Origin: an uncultured Rhodoblastus sp.
Lineage (GTDB): Bacteria > Pseudomonadota > Alphaproteobacteria > Rhizobiales > Beijerinckiaceae
Length of the DNA: 64,000 nucleotides
NCBI RefSeq assembly: GCF_903903185.1
Contig: NZ_CAIUXT010000150.1
Span: 27,425 to 91,424, forward strand
Direction of reading: 5' to 3'
Part shown: positions 46,144 through 54,005 of the stretch, piece by piece
Position numbering within the stretch: the first letter of the stretch is position 1
Layout: each line of letters opens with the position of its first letter
Translations under genes and position numbers: made by a program
Notes under the pieces: model-generated
Told to the model about the DNA's origin: nothing
Databases searched by the model: none
What the model saw: the letters and a program-made list of their open reading frames with translations, nothing else

Positions 46144-47082
46144 TTGAGCGCGCCTTTTCCCGATCTCGCTTCCATCGCAGCCGGCGGCAAGCGCGGGCTA
46201 TCGCGCGCGCTGGCGCTGATCGAGACTCACGAGGGAAGCGCGGAACTGGCGCGCCTGCTTGACGCCGCGCTGGCGCAAACGCGCGCCCATGCGGCGGGGC
46301 TTACCGGCCCGCCCGGCGTCGGCAAATCGACGCTCACCAACGCCTTGTTGCGCGACTGGCGGGCGCGCGGCGAGACGGTGGGAGTGATCGCGGTCGATCC
46401 GTCTTCGCGGCGCACCGGCGGCGCCCTTTTGGGCGACCGCGCGCGGATGGCGACCGACCCGGACGACCAGGGCGTATTCGTCCGCTCGATGGCGGCGCGC
46501 GACCGGCTCGGCGGCCTGTCCGACCAGACCATCGCCGCTGCGGCCCTCATGCGCGCCCTGTTCGACCGCGTATTGATCGAAAGCGTCGGTATCGGCCAGT
46601 CGGAGGCCGATATTTCCTTCGCCGTCGACAGCGTCATTCTCTGCGTCCAGCCTGGTTCGGGCGACAGTCTGCAATTCATGAAGGCCGGCGTGATGGAATT
46701 GCCGGACATCGTCGTCGTCACCAAGGCGGATATGGGGGATGCGGCGCGGCGCGCCAAAAGCGAGGTCGAGGGCGCGCTGACCCTGTTCGAACGCGACGAC
46801 GACTGGCGCGTGCCGGTGATTCTGGCTTCGGCCACGACCGGCGTCGGGGTCGGCGAGCTTCACGAGGCCTTGGCGGAGCATCGCCTTTGGGCGGAAGGTT
46901 CGGGCGCGCTGTCGCGTCGCCGCGCCGCACAGCAAAAGGCATGGATCGAAGAATCCATCCGCGCCCGTTTTGGTTCGCAAGGACTTTTCTGTGCAAGCCA
47001 AATGCGGGTCGCCGCCGAAGGTCCTTTCGCGGAGGAACTGGCGATGGCGCAGGAATTGGCGCGGAGGCTGAGCCGGGGCTAA
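46144..47082 (+). CDS. meaB: Methylmalonyl-CoA mutase-associated G-protein chaperone MeaB/ArgK (TTG start per ORF track)
   Basis: ...RALALIE.....A..LL........HAAGLTGPPGVGKSTL...GVIAVDPSSRRTGGALLGDRARM...ESVGIGQSE...VVVTKAD. Confidence 0.88.
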   Translation: MSAPFPDLASIAAGGKRGLSRALALIETHEGSAELARLLDAALAQTRAHAAGLTGPPGVGKSTLTNALLRDWRARGETVGVIAVDPSSRRTGGALLGDRARMATDPDDQGVFVRSMAARDRLGGLSDQTIAAAALMRALFDRVLIESVGIGQSEADISFAVDSVILCVQPGSGDSLQFMKAGVMELPDIVVVTKADMGDAARRAKSEVEGALTLFERDDDWRVPVILASATTGVGVGELHEALAEHRLWAEGSGALSRRRAAQQKAWIEESIRARFGSQGLFCASQMRVAAEGPFAEELAMAQELARRLSRG

Positions 47083-47098
47083 GGCTAACTCGTTCGGT

Positions 47099-47818
47099 TC
47101 ATAGGCCCGATTTCAATGACGCTTCGTGAGGTGAAATCATCCGGTAATGCCGCGCCAGGGCGTTCAGGCCGCGGCGCAGGATGAACAGGGCCACGGCGCC
47201 AGCCATCTTGGCGTCGCGATAGGCGCCGACTTCGCGCCCGATCTCGACCGGCTCGCGGTCGTTGAGCACGATGGCCGCCAAGGGTTCGCGAAAATCATCC
47301 GGTATCGCCTCGCGCGCGGCGCGAAATTTCTGCAGCGCCTCGATCTGGCTCTCGCAGCGCCAAAGGCCGTTGGGCGAATAGGCGGCGGCGACTTCCTGCG
47401 ACGGATCGAGCGCGCGCAGCGGATCGAGCCCGGCGCGAAAAAAATCATGGCGGTATTTTTCGCCCGCCTGCGCCATCGCAAGATTTTTCGCGCGGTCGTC
47501 GCGGTCGAGTTGGTTGCGGTCGCGCAGCCGGGCCAATGGCCCGTCGTCCATGCGCATGCGCACGAAATCGACAGTGACGGCTTCGAACTTGTCGCCCTGC
47601 GCGACCTCGACGATTTCTGAAAAAGTTTCGACTTTCGCGCCCTCGCCAGCCCTGAGAAGGCGTTCGACGCTCGGCCCTTCCGGCTTGCGATAGCCGGTGT
47701 TGCGAAAAGTCTCCAGCATCCGCCGCGCCTGTCTATCAGTGGACGGCGGCTCCGTGCAGGCGAGTTTCGCCAAGGAAATTCTGGTCTTGCGCCGCTTGTG
47801 CATGGCGTATTTCCCCAT
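47099..47818 (-). CDS. Phage-region hypothetical protein (second gene of the leftward operon)
   Basis: 239-aa ORF with good high-GC third-position codon usage: ...DDGPLARLRDRNQLDRDDRAKNLAMAQAGEKYRHDFFRAGLDP...REVGAYRDAKMAGAVALFILRRGLNALARHY (C-terminal HTH-like segment). Family not recognised with certainty. Confidence 0.55.
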   Translation of the reverse strand: MGKYAMHKRRKTRISLAKLACTEPPSTDRQARRMLETFRNTGYRKPEGPSVERLLRAGEGAKVETFSEIVEVAQGDKFEAVTVDFVRMRMDDGPLARLRDRNQLDRDDRAKNLAMAQAGEKYRHDFFRAGLDPLRALDPSQEVAAAYSPNGLWRCESQIEALQKFRAAREAIPDDFREPLAAIVLNDREPVEIGREVGAYRDAKMAGAVALFILRRGLNALARHYRMISPHEASLKSGL

Positions 47819-47833
47819 TTTTCAAAAAAAGTG

Positions 47834-48409
47834 TCAGAGCGCGGAAAAATCGCTCAGCGTGAGCGTCAATTCGCCGCCGGGATTGCCGCCGTAGCAGGCG
47901 ACGAATTTATCCGGACTAAGGCCGCGTCGGATAATGCGACAGCGCGCCAGCAATTCGACCAGCGGCCGCTCCATCGCCCCGAACTGCCGCGTGCGCGCAT
48001 TGCGCGGCGCCATGATTTCGAGGGCATAGGTCGCGGCGATGCGCCCGGGCCTTTGCTGGCTGAGACGTTTCTGCGCCATATCCAGCCAGTCCTCATAGGC
48101 TTCCGAAGGCGCGAGGCCCTGCGCCGTCCGCACATAGAGCAGGGAGGGGGGGGGCGGCGGCGGCGCGTGCAGGGTAATTTTTTGCGCCGGCTGGCGCGGC
48201 TCGGCGCTGAGACCGAATTGCCCGGTTTTGGGGGTCGCCGCGCGCGGTCGGGCCATTTCGACCCGCAAGGGGCGAGCGCCAGCGCGTGGAACGATTACTT
48301 TGGTGGAGGAAAAAGGCGAGATTACGCAAAACGGAGCGAGGAGGGTCATGACGCCGCCATGGGGGAGAGGGGAAGAGGTCTTGCCGTTTTGGGACGGCAA
48401 AAAGAACAT
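47834..48409 (-). CDS. Phage-region hypothetical protein (first gene of the leftward operon), start uncertain, contains a C9 tract
   Basis: ORF-track entry. Codon bias is convincing only from about MARPRAATP... onwards. The candidate leftward promoter -10 overlaps the first ATG, so a downstream start is likely. Poly-Pro PPPPPP is encoded by CCG CCG CCG CCC CCC CCC. Confidence 0.45.
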   Translation of the reverse strand: MFFLPSQNGKTSSPLPHGGVMTLLAPFCVISPFSSTKVIVPRAGARPLRVEMARPRAATPKTGQFGLSAEPRQPAQKITLHAPPPPPPSLLYVRTAQGLAPSEAYEDWLDMAQKRLSQQRPGRIAATYALEIMAPRNARTRQFGAMERPLVELLARCRIIRRGLSPDKFVACYGGNPGGELTLTLSDFSAL

Positions 48410-48434
48410 AAGATGAACAATCTGATCGTGTCAA
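48406..48434 (-). promoter_or_regulatory. Candidate sigma70-type leftward promoter of the phage early operon
   Basis: Reverse strand reads TTGACA (48434..48429) - 17 nt - TTATGT (48411..48406). The -35 abuts operator 48435..48448. Confidence 0.4.
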
Positions 48435-48448
48435 TGGGAAAAATCCCA
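48435..48448. promoter_or_regulatory. Putative repressor operator O1 (TGGGAAAAATCCCA)
   Basis: Palindrome TGGGA-N4-TCCCA in the divergent intergenic region. An identical 14-mer occurs at 49287..49300. Confidence 0.6.
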
Positions 48449-48469
48449 CTGGACGGCGGGGTGAAAATA

Positions 48470-48483
48470 TGGGAAATATCCCA
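48470..48483. promoter_or_regulatory. Putative repressor operator O2 (TGGGAAATATCCCA)
   Basis: Same TGGGA-N4-TCCCA palindrome, ending 2 nt before the repressor ATG (48486). Confidence 0.6.
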
Positions 48484-48485
48484 TC

Positions 48486-49238
48486 ATGGATGAGGCGATC
48501 AAAAACCGCGTTCGGGCCGAAATGGATCGGCAGGGCCTCGACATGAAGGGCCTGTCGAAACTGGCTGGCCTTGGCGAGACCTATGTGCGCGACGCGCTCA
48601 AGCGCGGGCGCGGCGGTTCGCTGCCGGCCTTGCACAAGCTGGCTTCGGCGCTTGGGCGCTCGCTCGACTGGCTGATTACCGGCGCCGAGGAGGCGGGCGG
48701 CGAATTCGCCCCCGACAAGCCGCCGCGCCGGCGCCTCGACACCAGCGTCGATCTCAAGATGGTGGACAGCGCCTCGACCGACGCCGCCTCGACCATTTTC
48801 GAAGTGGATGTGCGCGCTGGCGCGGGCGGTGGCGGCGTGCCGGTCGAGGCCTTCGTCCATGACGAGAGCGGCAATGTCTATGCCGCCGAAGCGATAGCCG
48901 CCGAATGGAGCCTGCCTCCAGCGATCATGCAGGGGGTTTTGCACGCCAGCGCCCGTCATGTCCGGGTGTTCGAGGTGATCGGCGATTCGATGGAACCGCG
49001 CCTGTTCGAAGGCGACCGGGTGTTCATCGACCTGCGCTACACCATTCCGAGTCCCGAAGGCATTTTCGCGCTCTGGGACGGTTATGGCCTGGTGATCAAG
49101 AGGTTGCAGATGGTCATGGGTTCGGACCCGATGCGTATCCGCGTCATTTCCGCGAATCCGAGCTACACCCCCTATGAGGCGGCGGCGGACGATGTGAAAA
49201 TCGTCGGACGTTTCGCCGGACGTTTCACCGTCAACTGA
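48486..49238 (+). CDS. CI/LexA-type phage repressor (XRE HTH + S24 self-cleaving peptidase domain)
   Basis: N-terminal HTH ...GLDMKGLSKLAGLGETYVRDALKRGRGGSLPALHKLASALGRSLDWLI. C-terminal S24 domain with Ser in VIGDSMEP and Lys in GLVIKRL. Confidence 0.85.
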   Translation: MDEAIKNRVRAEMDRQGLDMKGLSKLAGLGETYVRDALKRGRGGSLPALHKLASALGRSLDWLITGAEEAGGEFAPDKPPRRRLDTSVDLKMVDSASTDAASTIFEVDVRAGAGGGGVPVEAFVHDESGNVYAAEAIAAEWSLPPAIMQGVLHASARHVRVFEVIGDSMEPRLFEGDRVFIDLRYTIPSPEGIFALWDGYGLVIKRLQMVMGSDPMRIRVISANPSYTPYEAAADDVKIVGRFAGRFTVN

Positions 49239-49286
49239 GTTCGCGTGATCCCATCGACGCAGCCATCATGCCCATTTAGGCCGAAA

Positions 49287-49300
49287 TGGGAAAAATCCCA
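49287..49300. promoter_or_regulatory. Putative repressor operator O3 (TGGGAAAAATCCCA) upstream of the structural operon
   Basis: Exact copy of O1, 29 nt upstream of a TTGACG -35. Extra half-sites AATCCCA / GCCCATT lie between it and the -35. Confidence 0.6.
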
Positions 49301-49328
49301 AAAATTTCAAAAATCCCATTAAAGCCCA

Positions 49329-49357
49329 TTGACGGGTCGACCGACTTTCGCTATAAC
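49329..49357 (+). promoter_or_regulatory. Candidate sigma70-type promoter of the packaging/structural operon
   Basis: TTGACG (49329..49334) - 17 nt - TATAAC (49352..49357), the best -35/-10 match noticed in the phage region. Confidence 0.55.
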
Positions 49358-49378
49358 TATCCATGTTGAAGATTTCCG

Positions 49379-49411
49379 CCCGGCGCTCTCGCACAGAGCC
49401 GCCGGGTTTTT
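49379..49411 (+). terminator. Promoter-proximal intrinsic terminator-like hairpin + T5
   Basis: CCCGGCGCTCT-cgcac-AGAGCCGCCGGG (11 bp stem, one bulge) followed by TTTTT. It starts about 22 nt after the -10 and lies about 95 nt before the TerS-like start. Confidence 0.6.
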
Positions 49412-49504
49412 GTTATCCGCTGGCGTTCCCGGACCCGGATGGCGCCGCGACGCCGCGGGTCATTGCGAAATCGCGCGAGGCGGCCAATCGGACATGGATG
49501 GAAC

Positions 49505-50071
49505 ATGGCGTCGGACCCGCGCGAGATGATAACAAGAAAACGCAGCAGCCGGCTCGCCGAGGTCGGCAATATTCCAGCCGATCAGCCGGCGAATGCAGTC
49601 CCGGCGGCTTCGCGAAAAGCCCAGAGCCGCGAGACCGCGCTCGACCGCGTCAATCGCGATCTGGCGATCCTGAACATGCGCCTGCATGGGCTGACGTTTC
49701 ATGAGATCGCCCGCAAATTGCCGGAGGCGGGGTTTGGCCGCGTTTCGGTGAGCCGCATTTACGCCATCGTCACGAAAAACCTGCGCTCCTGCCGCGAGCC
49801 GCCGGCGCGCGAGTTGCGCCAGCTCGAATTGCTGCGTCTCGATCAATTGCAGGCGGCGCATTACCCGGCGGCGATGGGCGGCGATTCCGCCGCAGCATCC
49901 CGGGTTCTTTCCATCATGGATCGGCGCGCCAAGCTGCTCGGTCTCGACGCCGGCGCCGAGGCGGCCAGTTCGCTCGACGAGGCGCGCAAGTCGCTGCTCA
50001 AGAAGCTCGATTCGCTGGCGCGCGGACAAGCGGCGCCGGACAGGGGTCCCGAAGCTGAAGCGAAGAATTAA
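49505..50071 (+). CDS. Putative small terminase subunit / HTH DNA-binding protein
   Basis: MASDPREMITRKRSSRLAEVGNIP...LHGLTFHEIARKLPEAGFGRVSVSRIYAIVTKNL (HTH) followed by a coiled-coil-like tail. Sits immediately upstream of TerL. Alternative start at 49439. Confidence 0.45.
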   Translation: MASDPREMITRKRSSRLAEVGNIPADQPANAVPAASRKAQSRETALDRVNRDLAILNMRLHGLTFHEIARKLPEAGFGRVSVSRIYAIVTKNLRSCREPPARELRQLELLRLDQLQAAHYPAAMGGDSAAASRVLSIMDRRAKLLGLDAGAEAASSLDEARKSLLKKLDSLARGQAAPDRGPEAEAKN

Positions 50072-50079
50072 TCGCCTCG

Positions 50080-51429
50080 ATGGGAAAGGACCCGACCCAT
50101 GCCTACGCCCTGGCGCGGCTCGGCGCCCGCGAGCGCGCCGCTTTTTTCGCCAAACTCGACGCCGATGAACTGGAATCGCTTAAAACCCTGTGGCCGTTCT
50201 GGGCGCGTCCGGAACAATTGATTCCGCCGGGCGACTGGGTGTTCTGGCTGCCTCTCGCCGGGCGCGGCTGGGGCAAGACCCGCACCGGTGCGGAAACGGT
50301 GCGCCAATGGGCGCGCAGTTTTCCCATGGTCAACCTGATCGGCGCGACCGCCGATGATGTGCGCGACGTAATGGTTGAAGGCGAATCCGGCGTGCTGGCA
50401 ATTTGTCCGCGCGACGAGCGCCCTCGCTACGTCGCGCACAAGCGGCGTCTGGAATGGCCGAATGGGGCGAAAAGCCTGCTGTTTTCCGCCGAGGAACCCG
50501 AAAGGTTGCGCGGCAAGCAGCATATGAAATTTTGGGCCGATGAACTCGCCGCCTGGCGCTATCCCGACGCCTGGGACCAGGCGGTGTTCGGCCTGCGTTT
50601 GGGCGCGAAACCTCAGGCCATCGTCACCACGACGCCGCGGCCGACCAAATTCTTCCGTGATCTTTTGGCCGACCCTTTGACCTTTTCGACGCAGCATTCG
50701 ACGTTCGAGAACATGGGCAATCTGGCGGAAAATTTTCTCGACCGTGTCGTGCGCAAATATGAAGGCACTCGGTTGGGGCGGCAGGAATTGCATGCCCATC
50801 TGCTGCTCGACGCGCCGGGCGCCCTGTGGACGCGCGAAGTCATCGAAGCGGCGCTGGCCGACGGCAAGGAGCGGTCAAAACTCGGGCGCATCGTCGTCGC
50901 CGTGGATCCGCCCGCCACTTCCGGCGACAACGCCGACGAATGCGGCATGATCGTCGCCGGCCTCGCGCCCGACCGGGTTGTCCATGTCCTGGCCGATCTG
51001 TCGCGTCAGGGCGAGACGCCGCTCGGCTGGGCGTCGCGCGCCGTGCAGGCTTTTCGGGAGTTTTCCGCCGATTGCATCGTCGCCGAAGTCAATAATGGCG
51101 GCGAGATGATCGAGACACTGATTCGCCAGATCGACGCCAATGTGCCCTATCGCGCGGTGCGCGCCGCCCGCGGCAAATTCGCCCGCGCCGAGCCGGTGGC
51201 GGCGCTTTACGAGCAGGGCAGGGTGCGCCATTGCGGCGTCTTCGCCAAGCTTGAAGACCAGATGTGCCTGATGACGCCGGATTTCGACCGCTCCCGCGCC
51301 GGCTATTCGCCGGACCGCGTCGATGCTCTGGTCTGGGCGGTGTCGTCGCTGCTGTTCGAACAGGGCGACGGCGCGGCGGTGTTTGAATTTTACCGCGCGC
51401 AGGCCGACGGGCTGAATCGGCAGGGCTGA
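50080..51429 (+). CDS. terL: Terminase large subunit (RcGTA g2-like family)
   Basis: ...WPFWARPEQLIPPGDWVFWLPLAGRGWGKTRTGAETVRQW (Walker A)...FWADELAAW (Walker B)...VAVDPPATSGDNADECGMIVAG...AEVNNGGEMI (RNase H-like nuclease). Confidence 0.9.
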   Translation: MGKDPTHAYALARLGARERAAFFAKLDADELESLKTLWPFWARPEQLIPPGDWVFWLPLAGRGWGKTRTGAETVRQWARSFPMVNLIGATADDVRDVMVEGESGVLAICPRDERPRYVAHKRRLEWPNGAKSLLFSAEEPERLRGKQHMKFWADELAAWRYPDAWDQAVFGLRLGAKPQAIVTTTPRPTKFFRDLLADPLTFSTQHSTFENMGNLAENFLDRVVRKYEGTRLGRQELHAHLLLDAPGALWTREVIEAALADGKERSKLGRIVVAVDPPATSGDNADECGMIVAGLAPDRVVHVLADLSRQGETPLGWASRAVQAFREFSADCIVAEVNNGGEMIETLIRQIDANVPYRAVRAARGKFARAEPVAALYEQGRVRHCGVFAKLEDQMCLMTPDFDRSRAGYSPDRVDALVWAVSSLLFEQGDGAAVFEFYRAQADGLNRQG

Positions 51430-51472
51430 CTTTTCTGCTGATGCAGAAAAACTCGAATCACTGGAGTCAAAC

Positions 51473-52828
51473 ATGACCGAACGCGGCGCGGGTCTTCCTC
51501 GCTGGTCCCTTTCGCCTGTCGAGGTCGCCGCCCGCCTCCGTGACAATGTCAACGGCGCCGCCGACTGGTTCGGCCCCTCGGACCCGCAGGCGCCGGGGGC
51601 GCCTGACGATGTCGCCGGCCGGCAATGGGATTTTCCCGCCGGCTATAATCTGAATATCCGCACGCGCTCCTATGAGGCGATTTCCTTCGCCGACCTGCGC
51701 GCGCTGGCCGACGCCTACGATCTGTTGCGGCTGGTCATCGAGACGCGAAAGGACCAGATCGAGCGGATGAACTGGAGCATTCGCGTCAGATCCGGCGCGA
51801 GCGCTGCGCCTGCGCAAATCGCCAAAGTTGAAAAGTTTTTCTTTTCCCCCGATGGCGCCCATGACTGGGCCGCCTGGATGCGCGTGGTGCTCGAAGACCT
51901 GTTCGTCATCGACGCGCCGGCGCTGTGGTGCGAGCGCGACCGCTCCGGCGCTTTGCTCGCCCTGCATCCCCTCGACGGCGCGACGATCAAGCCGGTGCTC
52001 GACGCCTGGGGACGCACGCCGCGTCCCTTCGCGCGCAACGGCGCGCTGGTCTATCCCGTCGCCTATCAGCAGATATTGAAGGGCATGCCGGCGGTCGATT
52101 ATTCCGCGCGCGACATCATCTATCGTCCGCGCAATGTTCGCTCGCATCGCGCCTATGGCTATTCGCCGGTCGAACAGGTGATCGCCACGGTCAATATCGG
52201 AATGAAGCGGCAATTGAGCCAGCTCAGCTATTACAGCGAAGGCAATATTCCCGAGAGTCTGATCGGCGTGCCGGACGCCTGGACGCCGGACCAGATCAAG
52301 AACTTTCAGGATTATTGGGATCTCTATTTCACTGGCGATCTGGCGCGGCGCAGACGCGCGAAATTCGTGCCCGGCGGCGTCGCCCGCACTTTTATTCAGA
52401 CGAAGGAGCCGGAGCTCAAGAACGCTTTCGACGAATGGATCGCCCGCGTCGTCTGCTTCGCCTTTTCGATCTCGCCGCAGCCTTTCGTCAACCAGATGAA
52501 TCGCGCGACGGGCGAAACGCAGAAGAACATGGCCGACGAGGAAGGATTGCTGCCGATCCTCGCCTGGATCAAGCGGCTCTGCGATCATGTCATCCATCTG
52601 CTCGGCGCGGAGAATCTGGAATTTGTATGGGGCCATGAGAGCATTATTGACCCGACCGTCCAGCGCGAAAATCTCGTCGCCTATGTCGGGGCCGGCATGA
52701 TGACGCGCCGCCGCGCGGCGGAAATTCTGGGCGAGACGCTGCCCGACGATCCGATGGCCGATGTGCTCACGGTGACGACGGGGCGGGGGGTGGTGCGGCT
52801 GGGAAGCAATTCGCTGACGCACAAATAG
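51473..52828 (+). CDS. Phage portal protein
   Basis: 451-aa ORF directly after TerL: ...ISFADLRALADAYDLLRLVIETRKDQIERMNWSIRVR...YSPVEQVIATVNIGMKRQ... Position and size are typical of a portal. Family not assigned. Confidence 0.7.
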   Translation: MTERGAGLPRWSLSPVEVAARLRDNVNGAADWFGPSDPQAPGAPDDVAGRQWDFPAGYNLNIRTRSYEAISFADLRALADAYDLLRLVIETRKDQIERMNWSIRVRSGASAAPAQIAKVEKFFFSPDGAHDWAAWMRVVLEDLFVIDAPALWCERDRSGALLALHPLDGATIKPVLDAWGRTPRPFARNGALVYPVAYQQILKGMPAVDYSARDIIYRPRNVRSHRAYGYSPVEQVIATVNIGMKRQLSQLSYYSEGNIPESLIGVPDAWTPDQIKNFQDYWDLYFTGDLARRRRAKFVPGGVARTFIQTKEPELKNAFDEWIARVVCFAFSISPQPFVNQMNRATGETQKNMADEEGLLPILAWIKRLCDHVIHLLGAENLEFVWGHESIIDPTVQRENLVAYVGAGMMTRRRAAEILGETLPDDPMADVLTVTTGRGVVRLGSNSLTHK

Positions 52829-52886
52829 TCCGGATTTCAAGGCGACGGTAGATTTCACCTTCGAAAAACGGGAGTGGTGGCGAGCC

Positions 52887-53945
52887 TTACTTTAAAATAT
52901 CTTTCAGCGCCGCAAAGAGTTTTTCCGACTGCTCCGCCGTCCCCACGGTGATGCGAAGATAATCGTCGATGCGGGGCAGATTGAAATGGCGCACCAGCAC
53001 GGCGCGGTTGCGCAGGGCTTGCGCCAGCTCGCCGCCTCTGGCGCCTGGATGGCGGGCGAAGATGAAATTGGCGCTCGACGGCAGCACCGAAAAACCCAAG
53101 TCCCGCAATTGCGCGCTCATGTTCTCGCGCTCCGCGACGATGGTCTTCAGGCTCGCCTGAAAATAGGCCTCGTCCTCGACCGACGCGATGGCGCCGGCCT
53201 GGGCGATGCGGCCGAGCGGATAGGAATTGAAACAGTTTTTGACGCGCGACAAAGCCTCGATCAGCGAGGCCGCGCCGAGCGCATAGCCGACCCGCAGGCC
53301 CGCCAGCGCGCGCGATTTGGAAAAAGTGCGCACCACCAGCAGATTGGGATGATCTGCGATCAGCGGAACGGCGGTTTCGCCGCCGAAATCGACATAGGCC
53401 TCGTCCACCACGACGGGAATGTCGGCGTTTTCCGCCACTAGCCGCGCGATGGCGTCGCGTCCCAGCGCGACGCCGGTCGGCGCATTGGGATTGGCGATGA
53501 TGATGGCGCCGGCCGAATTGCGGCGATAGTCGCCGGTGACGACGCGCAGGTCGTCGTCGAGCGCGACCGTCTCGGTGCGAATATCGTGAAGATTCGCCCA
53601 TACCGGATAAAAACTATAGGTCACGTCGGGAAACAGCAGCGGCTCGTCGTGTTTGAGCAGCGCCGGAAATATATGCGCCAGAACCTCGTCGGAACTATTT
53701 CCGACGAAAATATTCTCGACGCCGAGACCATGATAGGCGGCCAGCACTTTTCGCAAGGCGACCGATTCCGGATCTGGATAGAGCCGCAATGAATCGTCGA
53801 CGGCGTCGTGCATGGCCGCAAGGGCGCGCGGCGACGGCGGCAGCGGCGATTCATTGGTGTTGAGTTTGACCAGGCCCTCGATGCGCGGCTGTTCGCCGGG
53901 CGTATAGGGGCTCAGTCGCCGCGCAACCGCGCTCCAATACTGCAT
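52887..53945 (-). CDS. hisC: Histidinol-phosphate aminotransferase-type class-II PLP aminotransferase, antisense insert in the head module
   Basis: ...LSPYTPGEQP....VKLNTNESPL.PSP...LYPDP....LR..LA......ENIFVGNSSDEVL...IIANPNAPTG...VVVDEAYVDFGG...VVRTFSKSRALAGLRVGY (PLP Lys). Full length, no frameshift. Confidence 0.9.
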   Translation of the reverse strand: MQYWSAVARRLSPYTPGEQPRIEGLVKLNTNESPLPPSPRALAAMHDAVDDSLRLYPDPESVALRKVLAAYHGLGVENIFVGNSSDEVLAHIFPALLKHDEPLLFPDVTYSFYPVWANLHDIRTETVALDDDLRVVTGDYRRNSAGAIIIANPNAPTGVALGRDAIARLVAENADIPVVVDEAYVDFGGETAVPLIADHPNLLVVRTFSKSRALAGLRVGYALGAASLIEALSRVKNCFNSYPLGRIAQAGAIASVEDEAYFQASLKTIVAERENMSAQLRDLGFSVLPSSANFIFARHPGARGGELAQALRNRAVLVRHFNLPRIDDYLRITVGTAEQSEKLFAALKDILK

Positions 53946-54005
53946 TTTGGCTCCGTGCCATTGTTGCGCGTCGTCAGCAATAAATAGAAGCGCGCACTTT
54001 CTTTT

